From Eukaryota sp. TZLM1-RC (lineage: Eukaryota; Protista; Metamonada: BaSk clade), in the NCBI GenBank assembly GCA_040285825.1, contig JAUPSS010000004.1:868001-932000 (forward strand): DNA of 64,000 nucleotides, given 5' to 3'. Positions 11,191 through 23,174 of this stretch are shown in pieces. The notes beneath the pieces were generated by a model that saw only the letters and a program-made list of their open reading frames with translations, did no database searches and had not been told where the DNA came from. The translations under genes were made by a program, and so were the position numbers. Each line of letters begins with the position of its first letter. Within the stretch, counting starts at the first letter, position 1.

Positions 11191-13263
11191 ATGTCTTCAC
11201 ACTCTAAACACTCCTGCCCCGAAATCGATCCTGCCGATATTGAACTAGGCGAGAAGATCGGCCAAGGAGGCTCTGCTATTGTCTACTCTGCCAAATGGTT
11301 CTGCCTTGCTGTCGCCATCAAGCTCGTCTTCCTGTCGGACGAAGGGAAGGCCAAACTCAAGAAAGAAATTTCTCTTCTCTCCATGTTGAACAGTCCCGCG
11401 ATCCTCCGTGTATTTGGAGTCACCTACATTGACGACAAGATTGGCATTGTAATGGAGCTTGCCACATCCTCTCTCAGCGTTCCCTCTTCTTTGACAAACC
11501 AAAATCTAGCTATTGCGAAAGAACTTTGTTGTGCCATGAAGGTCCTCCATTCGAAATCTGTCATTCACGGTGACCTCAAACCACAAAACATCCTGCTCGT
11601 AAATGGCCAAATTCGACTCGCCGATTTTGGTACTTCTAAAGTAATTGCTGATCACACTGCCAATTCTTCTTCTCTCACCTTTACACCCAAATATGCCGCT
11701 TTGGAGGTCTTTGATGATAGAATAACAGAAACTTCTGATATTTATTCTATTGGGGTAATTTTATATGAATTACTTACTAATAAAGTAGCTTTCGAGGGTT
11801 TAAATACTCAATTTTCTCTATTGGGTGCCAAATATATGTCAAAAGAGCTTCCATTTGATCAAGAAGATCCAGAAGTTTTGAAAAATCTGGTTAATGATTG
11901 TATGTCCAATAATCCCTCAAAAAGACCAATTATTGACCAAATTATTCATCAATTGAGTTTATTGGAAAATTATGCTGAAGAATTGCCTTTTCTAAATGAA
12001 TTTAATCCTAATTTAAGGCAAAATTGTCAAAATTGTGCTGAAAAAGACGAAATTATTGGGGATTTTAGCCAAGAAAATGAAAATTTCCGGAAATCTATTT
12101 TTGATTTAAATCTGACAATTCAAGAATTAACTCAAGAAATTCAAAATTTACACCAAACCAAATCTAATTCTGATGAATTAAACCAAGAATTAACACTTCA
12201 GAACTCTAATCTTGTCTCTAGAAATCAAGAATTAAACCAAACTCTGGTTGAAAAGGATCAATTAATCAATCATAGAGATCAATTAATAAATGATTTGAGA
12301 ATAGAAATTAACGATTCAAATTCCAAAATTGACGAACTTTCCCAAAAAGAAAAGGACTTAAAAAAGCAAATTAATTCAATGCAAATTTGCCATAATAACA
12401 TTGCAGAAAATCAGAATTTTGGTAATCCTAACCAAACATTAGCTGAAGATATTTCTTCTAATGAGGACCAAGAAGAGATCAATAGTACTGATTTTGACCA
12501 AAATTTGGAGTGTGGGTTTGAAAATTTAGAAGTTGAGTCAAGTGATCATGATACGCCTAAGCAAATGTTTGAAAAAGGATGGCAATTTTATAATGATAAA
12601 CACTACCAAGAAGCAGTTTTTTGGTGGAGAAGAGCTGCTGATGCTGGTCATGTTCTTGGTATTCATGGATTAGGTTATTGTTATACCCAAGGCCTTGGTG
12701 TAGAAAAGGATTACCAACAAGCCTTTTATTGGTTTAACAAGGCAGCTGAAGCTGGTTTTAGTGTAGCAATGAGAAATTTAGGTGTTTGTTATAGAGATGG
12801 TCTAGGTGTTGAACAAGACCATCAACAAGCCTTTCATTGGTTTAACAAGGCAGCTGAAGCTGGTAATAGTAGAACTATGTTTAATTTAGGCTGTTGTTAT
12901 AGAGATGGTCAAGGTATTGATCAAGACCATCAACAAGCCTTTTATTGGTTCAAAAAAGGTGCTGATGCTGGTCATGCTGGTGCTATGGTTTGTTTAGGTC
13001 AATGTTATTTGAATGGCCGTGGTGTTGAACGAGACTGTTCTCAAGCAGTGTTTTATTACCAAAAAGCTGCTAAATTGGGCCATGAGTATGGAATGTACAA
13101 TTTAGGTGTTTGTTATGAACACGGTTATGGTGTAGCTAAAGACCTTCACCAAGCTATTAAATGGTATGAAAAGGCCAGGGATGCTGGTCATTCATTTGCT
13201 GCTGAAATGTTAGAAGATTGTAAAAGAAAACTTGCCAGAAGTTCAAGAAGTAGAAGATTATAA
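11191..13263 (+). CDS. TKL-like protein kinase + coiled coil + Sel1-like repeats (paralogue 2, intact)
   Basis: Likely start MSSHSKHSCPEI, matching paralogue 3; full kinase motifs, long coiled coil, acidic linker, 5 SLRs plus caps; ends ARSSRSRRL followed by AATAAA. Confidence 0.95.
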   Translation: MSSHSKHSCPEIDPADIELGEKIGQGGSAIVYSAKWFCLAVAIKLVFLSDEGKAKLKKEISLLSMLNSPAILRVFGVTYIDDKIGIVMELATSSLSVPSSLTNQNLAIAKELCCAMKVLHSKSVIHGDLKPQNILLVNGQIRLADFGTSKVIADHTANSSSLTFTPKYAALEVFDDRITETSDIYSIGVILYELLTNKVAFEGLNTQFSLLGAKYMSKELPFDQEDPEVLKNLVNDCMSNNPSKRPIIDQIIHQLSLLENYAEELPFLNEFNPNLRQNCQNCAEKDEIIGDFSQENENFRKSIFDLNLTIQELTQEIQNLHQTKSNSDELNQELTLQNSNLVSRNQELNQTLVEKDQLINHRDQLINDLRIEINDSNSKIDELSQKEKDLKKQINSMQICHNNIAENQNFGNPNQTLAEDISSNEDQEEINSTDFDQNLECGFENLEVESSDHDTPKQMFEKGWQFYNDKHYQEAVFWWRRAADAGHVLGIHGLGYCYTQGLGVEKDYQQAFYWFNKAAEAGFSVAMRNLGVCYRDGLGVEQDHQQAFHWFNKAAEAGNSRTMFNLGCCYRDGQGIDQDHQQAFYWFKKGADAGHAGAMVCLGQCYLNGRGVERDCSQAVFYYQKAAKLGHEYGMYNLGVCYEHGYGVAKDLHQAIKWYEKARDAGHSFAAEMLEDCKRKLARSSRSRRL

Positions 13264-15517
13264 AGTACTGTGGCGTATTCAATAAATAACTTTGTTTATT
13301 AATAATACTTTTATTTATTTTCAGTTTTAATCAAATATTGTACAAAGAAAAAATGATTTTCAATGAGCAAATGAATACCGAAAAAGAGAAATTAATTCAA
13401 ATGATCACATGAATTTAAATCAAGATGAGGCATGTTCTATTTTTGTTTCTTGAAATTTAAGAAACATAACTGAAAATCATTGGATTATGGAACCTGTTAT
13501 CTATCGGACGCTTGACAAGTGAGAATAAGAAGAAGAAATCCATGTCAAAAACCACGTGGGAGCTCACCAGCTTCAATAGAGTTGATTTATATTTAGATTG
13601 ATTAAGAAAAATTTTCGATTGTTTACCGGAGATTCATTTGATATGGTGAAAAGAAATTAAAATTTTAAAAACTGTGTTAAAAAATTTGTTAAATAAAAAA
13701 TGATGATTAATTAGCATTTAAAAACCAACGAAGAGAAAATATATCAAAAGATCATTTAAATTTAAATTGAGATCTGGTACTTCGAAATGTTTTTCAAAAA
13801 GCAAAACATGTTAAATACAATTGTTAAACTTACTAACTCATATTGTTCACAACAGGTCAATGTTTTTATTTCAACTTTTTAATCAAATTAAACACATGTG
13901 ATATATTTGTTGTTGGTTCCATCGAAATATCGCAAGTTACACATTATAAATGTAAATAGTAAATAGTCCAATTTCTTTTGCTGTGTTGAATTTACTTGCA
14001 TTAATAGTTAAGTTGATGCTATAATTAATTGCGGTTATAACTTATAAGAACTGATAATGACATACCTCGTTTCAGTTTCATACTGACCAAGTTTCAACGA
14101 TTGAACCAAAGTGATGGTTATTGTTAGTCATCATTCAATTGGTAAAGGAAGGTGAAAATTTCGACAAATTATAAAAAAATGAATTACATGGCAACTATGT
14201 ACGACCACCTTCAGCAGCAATTACTATGATAAATTGTTTCATTCATGATAAATTTGTTGTAAAATTGTCACTTGATTTCGAAGGTGATGATAAATTTCAA
14301 CAATTTAAAGAAGAAATGTTATTGGGAAAAGATAGTGATTGTTCTTGGATAACAAGTTCTCTCTTTTGACCATAGTGATTGATATTCAAGCAATGGAATT
14401 CAGAATTATTCACTTGATTTATAACTATTCACAAAATTTTCTCAATTTCTTTTCATGTTGACAGGTACTTACCCTTTCAGATCTGTTTAATCTAAGTCGT
14501 AATAATCTCCTTGGAAATATTTAAATTAAATAGTCCACACCTTATTTTCAAAAAATCATTTGAGCAATCATAAAATCTATATAAACACCTGTGATCATTA
14601 AAAGTTCCTTTGTTGATAAATGATTCAGGAACAAAATTTTGGAATTAATTTAATAATGAAAGAATAATTTATGGTGTACGTATGATGTTCAAGTAAATGA
14701 TACTGTAAATGAAGTACAAGGATTGAACAGACTTTATTAATTCAATGTATTGTCCATTGTCTTTATTAACATGATATTGATTTGAACACTGATTTGCACT
14801 TTTCTTAAATGCCTTTAACTATTAGCATTCTCTCAACAATTAAATCGATAGATCAACTACTGTCTATGAATCTTCACTGCTCAGAAGATACCAGAGATCG
14901 CAGTTGTGCTGCATACTTTTTCAACATCTGACACAAGAAGAAATTGCAAGATTCTTTAGTGTTTCACAACCCTCTGTTACCTGATGGATTAAACAATCTC
15001 TTGATTCTGCAGAATGGGGACCTGATCGCCGTATTCGTTCTCGAATGTTTACTGATGATCAAATAAGTACGGGTATCCTTGATGAAAAACCCCAACTTTT
15101 TCTATATCAGCAGAGACATCAAGCTGAACAACTATTTGGTAAGTCTTCAGCTATTTCTACAATATATATAGTGTTGGTTGATGCATGTTACAGTCATAAA
15201 ATAGCTAACAAAGTTGTGCATAGATGTAAAGTACACTAGATCACTTCCTTTACCGACATGTTTTCATCTATTGTAGGATCGGTCATTTATTCGCAACTGC
15301 TTTGTATTGATGAAACTTCATTTCATGGTGATGACTTTTGTGGAAGAACTGCTGAGTCACCTGTAGGTACAATTTCGACAAAAACTGAATACCAAACATG
15401 TATCTCTTATTGTTGGCATTAATAAAAGTATCTATGTTATGTCCCACACGAAGGAAAACCATTTCAACAGACATGGTTTCATTGAATTTCTCAAAGATTT
15501 GTTTTGCAGTGGAATTA

Positions 15518-17734
15518 CACTGGTTATGGAATATAGTCTTACTAAAAAATTAATCTAACATGTAAAATAGTCTAAGTTAGACTATTTTTGATATATTTTC
15601 GTTTTTGGACGGATCTCTCATATGTAAAATACACTAACTAAAATAAATCTTCACTGTAAACCACAAACTGTAGTTACAGTAAACCTACAGTAAACCACCG
15701 TAATATCCAAAATTACTATCACACATGTCAATAAATATCTAACTTATGTGAAAAGATTTCAAAAAGTCAAATTTTTTACTGCTCCGTGTTATGGTACTTT
15801 CTGCATTTCCCATAGTTGCTTCTTTTCAACGAATACAAGAAACCCAGCCAAAACGTTCGCTTCAATCTCTTGAATCAAAAATCAATGGAACTCAATTTGA
15901 TTATTGGCAATTGCCTGGTAAAAACACCCTGTTTTTGAATGCATTTCCCCTAATAATCCTTATGATTAAGTGGAATATTCGAGAGGAAGTCTACATGCTA
16001 TATGTGACTTTTGTCACAGACAGCTCAACGCCCTTCTCGGTAAGATGGCAGAACATTTCGTGGCCGAATGCCGTGGATTTTGTGAAAATCTGTCCCAATT
16101 TGGAAAAACTCACTGAAGGTTCCTGTAATCCGTCTTATCCTGTTGAAATAAATGCAATTCGTACTTTCTTTGGCTTAAGTGCTCTCGATGAAACAGCTCC
16201 TACTTCGCCTCGTCAAAGACTGCCTTCAAGTAACATACATACTCCCCAACAAAACATATATGTTGAATCGTCATCACCTCCTAGAAAAAAAACAAAGCGA
16301 CAAATGACTATGAAGGAATTTTTTGCTCTTCAACTATGTGAAGCCAAAAATAAACAAGATTTTCTAGAATCTGTGTATTTCAAAATAGCTCAATTTGTTG
16401 CTGCTACTGGATTGCCAATTTCTATTGTTGATAATCCTGAATTCCGGGAATTACTTACTCTGGTGTCGAGTTCAAATTACCAGTATGAACCTGTTTGCTC
16501 AAAGACCATAAAAACGAAGCATCTACCCTTAGTTGAATCAGAACTTAAAAAAGAGTTAAATGTCTATTTGGACACAATCAAAGTGTCAGAATGTTACATC
16601 AGCACCGATGCATGGACCAATACAAATAAAACAGGGTTTTTGAATGTCATGTTAAATGCTCTCGCTGGCCAATTTTTCTATGATGCCTTTGATTTAACAA
16701 GTCAAAAAAAGGATGCAATGTTTATTGCTGATCAAATAGATAATGTCATTCAAATTATTAAAGCCAAGTATGTCCGGTTCATTATCACCAATAATGGATC
16801 AGAATTTATTAAGGCAGGTAGGATTCTTTTGGAAAAATACAAACAATATGGACTGGTTTGGATCCCTTGCGCTGCACACACTATTGATCTTGCTTTATTA
16901 GATGTAGAAAAAACAGTATTACCAATCAGAAATTTAACATCAGGCCAAAAAGATGGTAAAATTTGTAAAAGGTCACAAACTGTCTCGCGATATACTTAAC
17001 AATGCTGCTGATTACAAGCCATTTTATCCGGCAGAAACAAGGATTTACACAAGATATCGTTTCATGCGTAGATTGATTCTTTGTAAGACAGAGGTAATTT
17101 CAACAGTTTTCAATGAAAAAGTTCTTACAATGGTTGCAAAATTTTTCTTCAGATCAAAAAGTCTCAATATCTGATGTCTTAAACAATATTCAAGATGTAG
17201 AGTCCTTACCATGTATTGGACATCTTTCCTATTGGTACAAATTGGAACAACTAGTTGAACTCTTTAAACCCTTTGCTGATTTAATAGTTTTCACAGATCA
17301 AGATTCACCATACATCGGAAAATTGGTGAACAGGTCTGCAGCATCTTTTAACGAAGTTTCGAATAAGTTGAAATAAATTAAGTGGCTCACAGTTCGAGAC
17401 AATAAAAATAAACATGTTTTAATCATAATGATTTGACAATGTCAGAAGGTAACAGCATTTTATAGGCTAAAAAATACACCACCGTGTGGTCAAAATTCCG
17501 AACACTGATGTCCAATGAATCCTTCATTGTATAAAATGAAGAAGATGCTTCCGTCGAAGCTGTAGAGGTGGTTAAAGTTGATGACGTTGACATGTAGTTT
17601 CGATTGGTAGAATAAAATTTAGGTTAATTTAATTTTCTCGAAAAGCAAATAGCCTAAGTTAGACTAATTTTTGCATAATGAAATTAGTCTAACACACAAA
17701 TTAATCTAAGTTAGACTATATTCAATGACCAATG
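15518..17734 (+). mobile_element. hAT-family DNA transposon 1 (defective), flanked by TA
   Basis: 22-bp TIRs cactggttatggaatatagtct / cattggtcattgaatatagtct (3 mismatches); subterminal tagtctaagttagacta palindromes; TA on both sides. Confidence 0.85.
15791..17376 (+). pseudogene. hAT transposase (BED finger + DUF659/RNase H-like core), frameshifted, lacking the hATC domain
   Basis: BED-like CDFC..H..C in an alternate frame; TDAWT, IT(N)NG, WIPCAAHTIDL, PAETR. Confidence 0.88.
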
Positions 17735-17865
17735 TACATACAGATTTCCTGGTCCTCGCAGTTTTCTTATAATGAATGGAGTTAATATCCACAAATCACC
17801 TTAGATTTACAACGGTGTGAGAAAACTAGGTGTGAAGTATATGACACTTCTACCATGTTGTCCAG

Positions 17866-20022
17866 TAGTGTTGTCAAAGACGTTACTTTTGCCACGTCTC
17901 TTTTTAAAAAGACGCTACGTCTCCTTGGAGACGTTGTGGAGACGTGCATTTTGGTCTTCGAATCATTTTACTTTCCCAAACCATTTTCTCTTTAACAACA
18001 TTGTTGTCCTTATGCCCATCAACTGGTCCCAATACTATGAAGTACTTGAGTCATCTTCACCACTCAATGGCGACAGCGACGTTGAAGAAGAAGACGCAGT
18101 TCTAATGTCTGTTTCATACAAAAAGTCTCCAACCCTTCGCTGTCTTAGCTGTGATCATACGTTTGTCGGAACGTTCTCTAGAAAGACCGCTCACTTCGAA
18201 CATCGAAAAGGGGTAAAACCTTGTCCATCTCCTCCTTCTGCCTTTTTTGAAGAGAAATTGTCCCAGAAAACACTTCATGCTTTCTTCGACGGAGCTACGC
18301 CGTAAGCAAAGGTACAGCGACATCCGAAGGCACGATTATGCTTGATGGATGGACTGATGTTGCTCGTAGACCACTGATAAACATACTGGTGGTCTCTTCT
18401 GAAGGTGCAATGTTTTTCAAATCAATGAATTGCCATGGAGAGTTCAAAGATCATTCCTTGATTGCTAGGGAACTTTCTGATGTTATCGAAGAAATTGGTC
18501 CTACAAATGTAACTCAATTGATAACAGACAATGCTCGTCCGTGTGTCAAAGCAGGGGAGTTCTTGACAATGAAGTATCCTTCTATTACGTGGACCCCTTG
18601 TCATGCTCATATGGTAGATCTGTTCCTGGAGAACACTGCGAAGCTATCTTGTGTTAAAGAAATTAGAAGTTGCAACGCAAGGCAACTGGTCAAACTAATT
18701 CTGAATAATGACCATTTATTGGGCATCCTCCACAAAAGGTCCCAGAAAGAATTGCTTTTTCCTGGGAAAACCAGATTTGGAACAATCTGTTTGATCCTTA
18801 ACCGTCTCATAAACGTTTCTGCCGCTGTTAAATCAATATTTGCGGACTCAAACTTTTCAATCTGGTTCCGCCGGAAAACAAGAAGAAAACGAGAACAGAC
18901 GACTGATGTCAAGAACATTGCAGTTGATAAACATTTCTGGTTGATGTCGGAAGCTTTGATGGAAATCGCAACTCCGTGGCTTGATCTAATGGATTTTGTC
19001 GACAGTAATGTGGCAGTAATGGGCGAAACATAACAGCGTTTTCGAGTCATTTACGACTCTCTTTTGAACTGTCAAAACCTCCTGCTCGATGAAGAACGTC
19101 GCTCCAAAATTGCTGAACTGTTCTTCTGTAGGTGGACAAAAGTCAAAAACCATCTTCATTAAACTGCTCACATTTTGAATCCAGCAAACTACGATTAGCC
19201 AGTGTTGTCAGTTGATGAAGAAGAAACAAAAAAGGTCCTTATTTCTACAATACTCGTGTTGGAATCAGATAATGAAAGGCGTGAAGCTCTACGTCAAGTT
19301 CAATACTTCCACACTAGACAAGGAAGCTTCTCATCTACTGTTGCAACTGATTCCATGAACTTCATGTCACCCGCTCATTGGTGGACATTGTATGGCGGAG
19401 ACACTCTGGAGTTAGCAAAGGTTGCAGGAAATGTGTTGAGCTGCGTGGTCAGTGCCTCTGCTTATGAAAGGTGTTGGTCGATTTTCGACTTCATATATAA
19501 CAAAAGGGGAAATCGACTAACAACTGAAAGGGCTGATGACCTTGTTTTCGTTTACTCCAATTTGCAGCAAGTTAACCGAATGTTGAACATGACAGTTGAG
19601 GAGTATTTCAGAGATTATCCTCAATGAATTAATTTAAATAAACGATACTCCAAAGAATTGAAAGAAATTGAGGTTCTGGAAGAAGAAATGGATACGATGA
19701 TTGTTGAATGTGGGGAAGAGGATAATTCACCAAATTTAGATCTGGAAGACGAAAGTGTGACGGCTTTTGGAAGCAGTGTTTTCAATTTTCTAACAGATTT
19801 GGTATTGATTGGAATTAGTTCTTTATAAAGTCTTAGTTTTGTATTTGTCTTGGTGTTGTATATTTGAAATAGACACAAAACAGTCCAAGGACCATCAACC
19901 GCAACGTCTCCACAGAGTTTTCTGAACGTCTCAACTGAGTCTGAAGACGTTTAAAAAAGAGTCTTCGCATGGAGACGGAAAACGGAGACGTGGAGCGTCT
20001 TTTTACGTCTTTGACAACACTA
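17866..20022 (+). mobile_element. hAT DNA transposon 2 (defective)
   Basis: Perfect 18-bp TIR tagtgttgtcaaagacgt; 8-bp TSD ttgtccag at 17858-17865 and 20023-20030; many gagacgt/acgtct subterminal repeats. Confidence 0.96.
18012..19627 (+). pseudogene. hAT transposase (BED finger, DUF659, hATC dimerisation domain) with stops and frameshifts
   Basis: CLSC..H..C; DGWT, ITDNA, WTPCHAH, PGKTRFGT, WWTLYG..SASAYERCWS..KRGNRL. Confidence 0.93.
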
Positions 20023-20660
20023 TTGTCCAGTTTGACAACACTATTGTCCAGAGTCTAATACAATAGAAGCAATTTTTTTATTTTACGTAAAAGAGTAAGA
20101 AACGAAGCACTTCAATTTCCAAATGCTCTTCCCACTCAAATCATTTTCTCTTCTTTAGAAAGCATCAGATCTTTGGATTGTTCATCGCTTTTTGAACATG
20201 CAGGCTGGTTTGATGGAAAACACTATCAGTCCCCATATCTACAGGACCCTTCACTTAGGCCAATTGTTGAATGAATCAATATTTTTTGTTTTAATGAATT
20301 TTTCAAAAGGCTTTTATCATATGTTTATTTAAGAGAGTTTTACTAAATATTAAATATTTCTATTGAAAATATGCTACTGATTGGCGTGGGAATCTTCAAC
20401 ATTTGATGCTCCCATCAATTCTTGATGGGAATTCATCAGCGTCTTGATGCAAAACAGTTGGCATTGCTGGAGAAGCCAACAGCGACGAAATAAAACTTGA
20501 AATTTCAGCGTCTTTTTTGATCTTTAAAGACTCTGAAAAATGTTTCAGTGCGGCTTCATACTCTAGTTACTTCTTCTTAATAAATTGCAGAATGTGTTTA
20601 TTCACTGCTTATACATCATCCCACGATTGAGGTGGATTTTACAATGTTCTAAATTTCAAA

Positions 20661-22120
20661 ATGCCTTCTGGAATTATAAAAAAGTCGTTGATTTTCTACG
20701 GAAAGAGCCTCCCAAGGGTTCACCGTAGAAAACTGACAATGACAGTTGAAGCTGTGACTAGAAATTTCTTATTGGATTTCATCGCCAATCTTCCCGATGG
20801 ATTAGAGTGACGATAAGTTATTACAAATGGCTGAGAATGAAGCGGAACGTCTTTCGGAAGACGTAGATCCAACCGAAATGTGAGAAGGCCAGACGCGACT
20901 ATTTGGCAAAACGCTGGCCCTTCCTCTTTGGGGAAGCCCACGGCAAATCACTTGACGATGTCGTTTACGAAAGTTACGATCAAAGTCCTAATATCTTGAA
21001 AAAATTGGATGATCTAACTGATTTGGCAGTCTCGTGCGGGATGAATGCAGTTGAGGATTGCTATTTTAGTGCTCCTCGTTCAAAATATCAAGCTGCTACT
21101 TCCAGGCCTGCCAAATGGCATAGGGATGCGATTGATAACCACAAAATATATTATAGTGTCACTCAAAAAGCCTACGATATGTTATTTTGGATAGGCAAAA
21201 TGTATCCACATAATCAACAGGGTAGAAACCTTAGAGGCGTCGTAAGGCATTTCCTAGTGGAGAACCTTCACCCAAAAGATTCCATTGCGGATATTTCACT
21301 AATGCTTGGGGGTAGATTCGATGAATTTTGAGGCGACACCCTTCAATTTTATGCCAAAAAATCCTATGTTGGAGAAATAGGTACAATGGTAATTAAATTG
21401 AAAGAACAACGTCTTGGCCCAAACAAGTTGAAATTAGTTTATCCCGATGCATGGATGGCAAAACTTAAGGCATAAATTCATTGCTGGCCCAACCAAAATG
21501 GTTTTGAGAATGTCTTAATAAAGAGTAGTTGCCTTCCGTATGATCACAAATTAGCAGGGGTACCTAGGAGATCCAAAGATGCTCCTGATGGGGTGGTTTT
21601 GAGACCACCAGCTCAAACTATTCCTGTGCAGGAGGAACCTCCTAAGACAAAATTCATTATAAAGTTGAACGAGACTTTGCCTTCAGCAGAGAAAATAAGA
21701 ACATATTTAGTACACCTTTTGTTGGTCCAATGTCCTCCAGGAGAGCTTCTTGTCAAGCTAGTCCTACACAAACATCTCTTGGAAATTCTGCTATACCCAC
21801 ACCACCCCTAGAAACAAATGTTCCCAGAGACTCACTTGTCGATACCCTTGGTCTTTACAGAACGACTGTGACAGACCAGAAGAAATTGAGGAAAAGAATC
21901 GACGGCAAACTTAGATGCCTTGTTAAGTTGAACGAAGCGTTTGATGCAAAGAAGACCTTCAACTTTGTACTTAACTTTGGCAATTGGGCCAAAACGGTTA
22001 GGGATCGCGATGGACCCACCAGAGCATAGAAACCGATCATTAAATATGGTTCACCAGTTCATCAATATGATTTCGTAAGATCAATGTTGTACGAAGTGGA
22101 CCCCTTATGGTTGAGATTTA
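20661..22120 (+). pseudogene. Decayed orphan coding region fused to a Gypsy integrase tail (possibly gag-like or captured)
   Basis: Consecutive open stretches (20903-21331, 21593-21811, 21730-22029) separated by stops or shifts; no motif recognised. Confidence 0.35.
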
Positions 22121-22124
22121 TCAT

Positions 22125-22310
22125 GAAGCCTTCCTCAACACCAACATCGGAATTGATTCGGATGTAACCACCGTTCTTTGGTCTGATGGCACAACTACCA
22201 AACAGCCTGTTGCCTCTGTCAAAAACACTGCTGTGTAGTCTCGCTTTGTCAAACTCTCTGATCCTCCTGTCCAAAAGAAGCGCGGAAGAAAGAAAAAGAG
22301 ACAGTGTTAG
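22125..22310 (+). mobile_element. Ty3/Gypsy integrase C-terminal chromo-like tail + PPT (element 1)
   Basis: EAFLNTNIGIDSDVTTVLWSDGTTTKQPVASVKNTAV*SRF..KKRGRKKKRQC* is paralogous to 22962-23174; a purine tract precedes TGTTAG. Confidence 0.7.
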
Positions 22311-22606
22311 CTAAGGATAAACGTGTCCTTCTGATTATAGAAAGTATCACAACATCACAACATCACCACATCATCATTAATTTAAATTCATAACTTGTTC
22401 TTTTTATCTTGATTTTCTTAACTCATTTTCATAAACGTCTTTTTATTTTAGTTTTATGGAAAGCAGTGCATAAGCCAAAACATGTATGATACATACCGGT
22501 CGAGATGCAATCTCCCGCTATGTGGAAGCATTCTCTTTCCGTTTTCTTTTTCTGCTTTCTTGTCGGAACCGGATAAAAATGGTTGCCAAAGTCAACTCAG
22601 GTGACA
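22305..22606 (+). repeat. Putative LTR (TGTTA...TGACA) followed by PBS-like TGGTATTGCCAC at 22610
   Basis: PPT immediately 5', TG..CA ends, TGG 3 nt downstream; its 5' end resembles the LTR start at 23169. Confidence 0.6.
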
Positions 22607-22796
22607 CTGTGGTATTGCCACAAAAAAGATCCTTCCCGTAACATCGAATCTATGAAGCTGGAAGCTAATCCCGCCCTCGTCACTGAATCTGGGCTACTAT
22701 ACGCCGACGGTGGTATAACCCATTCAACTTCTGACAAAATTAAAAAAAACCCTCCAAGATGAAGAACAATGGATCAGCTGTAACTTCAAAAGTCTG

Positions 22797-23174
22797 CACG
22801 AGAAGCCAAACAAACTCCACGAACATTATGTAGGCCCTTACATCGTCCTCAGGGCACTGACACCCAGCTCCCTACTCGAACAAAATCATGTTTCTGGTTC
22901 CTCTCTGAAGACGTCTATTCACCTAATCAAGCCCTGTCTCCCCTCACTGCCTCCTGAAATTTTGAACGCTTATGTGGCTGCAGATTGCAGAAAATTAATT
23001 CTTGATGCCATCATAGATATCTCCGAAGATTCCAACATGGTTTTCTGGTGTGAAGGGAACACCACAATTCAGCCCATAGACTATATCCACCACACCGCTG
23101 CCTACTCTAGATTCATAGAACTCTCCGCTGATGCACCCAAGACCAGACGAAGGAGGAAGAGAAGGCAGTGTTAG
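22797..23174 (+). mobile_element. Ty3/Gypsy integrase 3' end (GPY/F motif + chromo-like domain) of an internally deleted element 2
   Basis: In-frame HEKPNKLHEHYVGPYIVL...ILDAIID..VFWCEGNTTIQPIDYIHHTAAYSRF; PPT gaaggaggaagagaagg at 23149-23165, then TGTTAG. Confidence 0.8.

Larger units (their letters stand above)
14866..20274 (+). mobile_element. Decayed IS630-Tc1-mariner (DD34E) transposase in three pieces (14866-15517, 17735-17865, 20052-20274), split by two hAT insertions
   Basis: HTH TQEEIARFFSVSQPSVT; first Asp LLCIDETSF; after removing the inserts the frame reads FIEFLKDLFCSGI|TYRFPGPRSFLIM(N)GVNIH...LLPCCP|ESNTIE, with 34 residues between the second D position and E. Confidence 0.85.

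Noticed and set aside
17817-18305. 162-aa ORF as a real gene
   Set aside because: It is a chance read-through from the Tc1 fragment across the hAT TIR into the hAT BED region.
14788-20390. TIRs for the Tc1-like element
   Set aside because: Only weak AT-rich inverted similarity was found; boundaries are not defensible.
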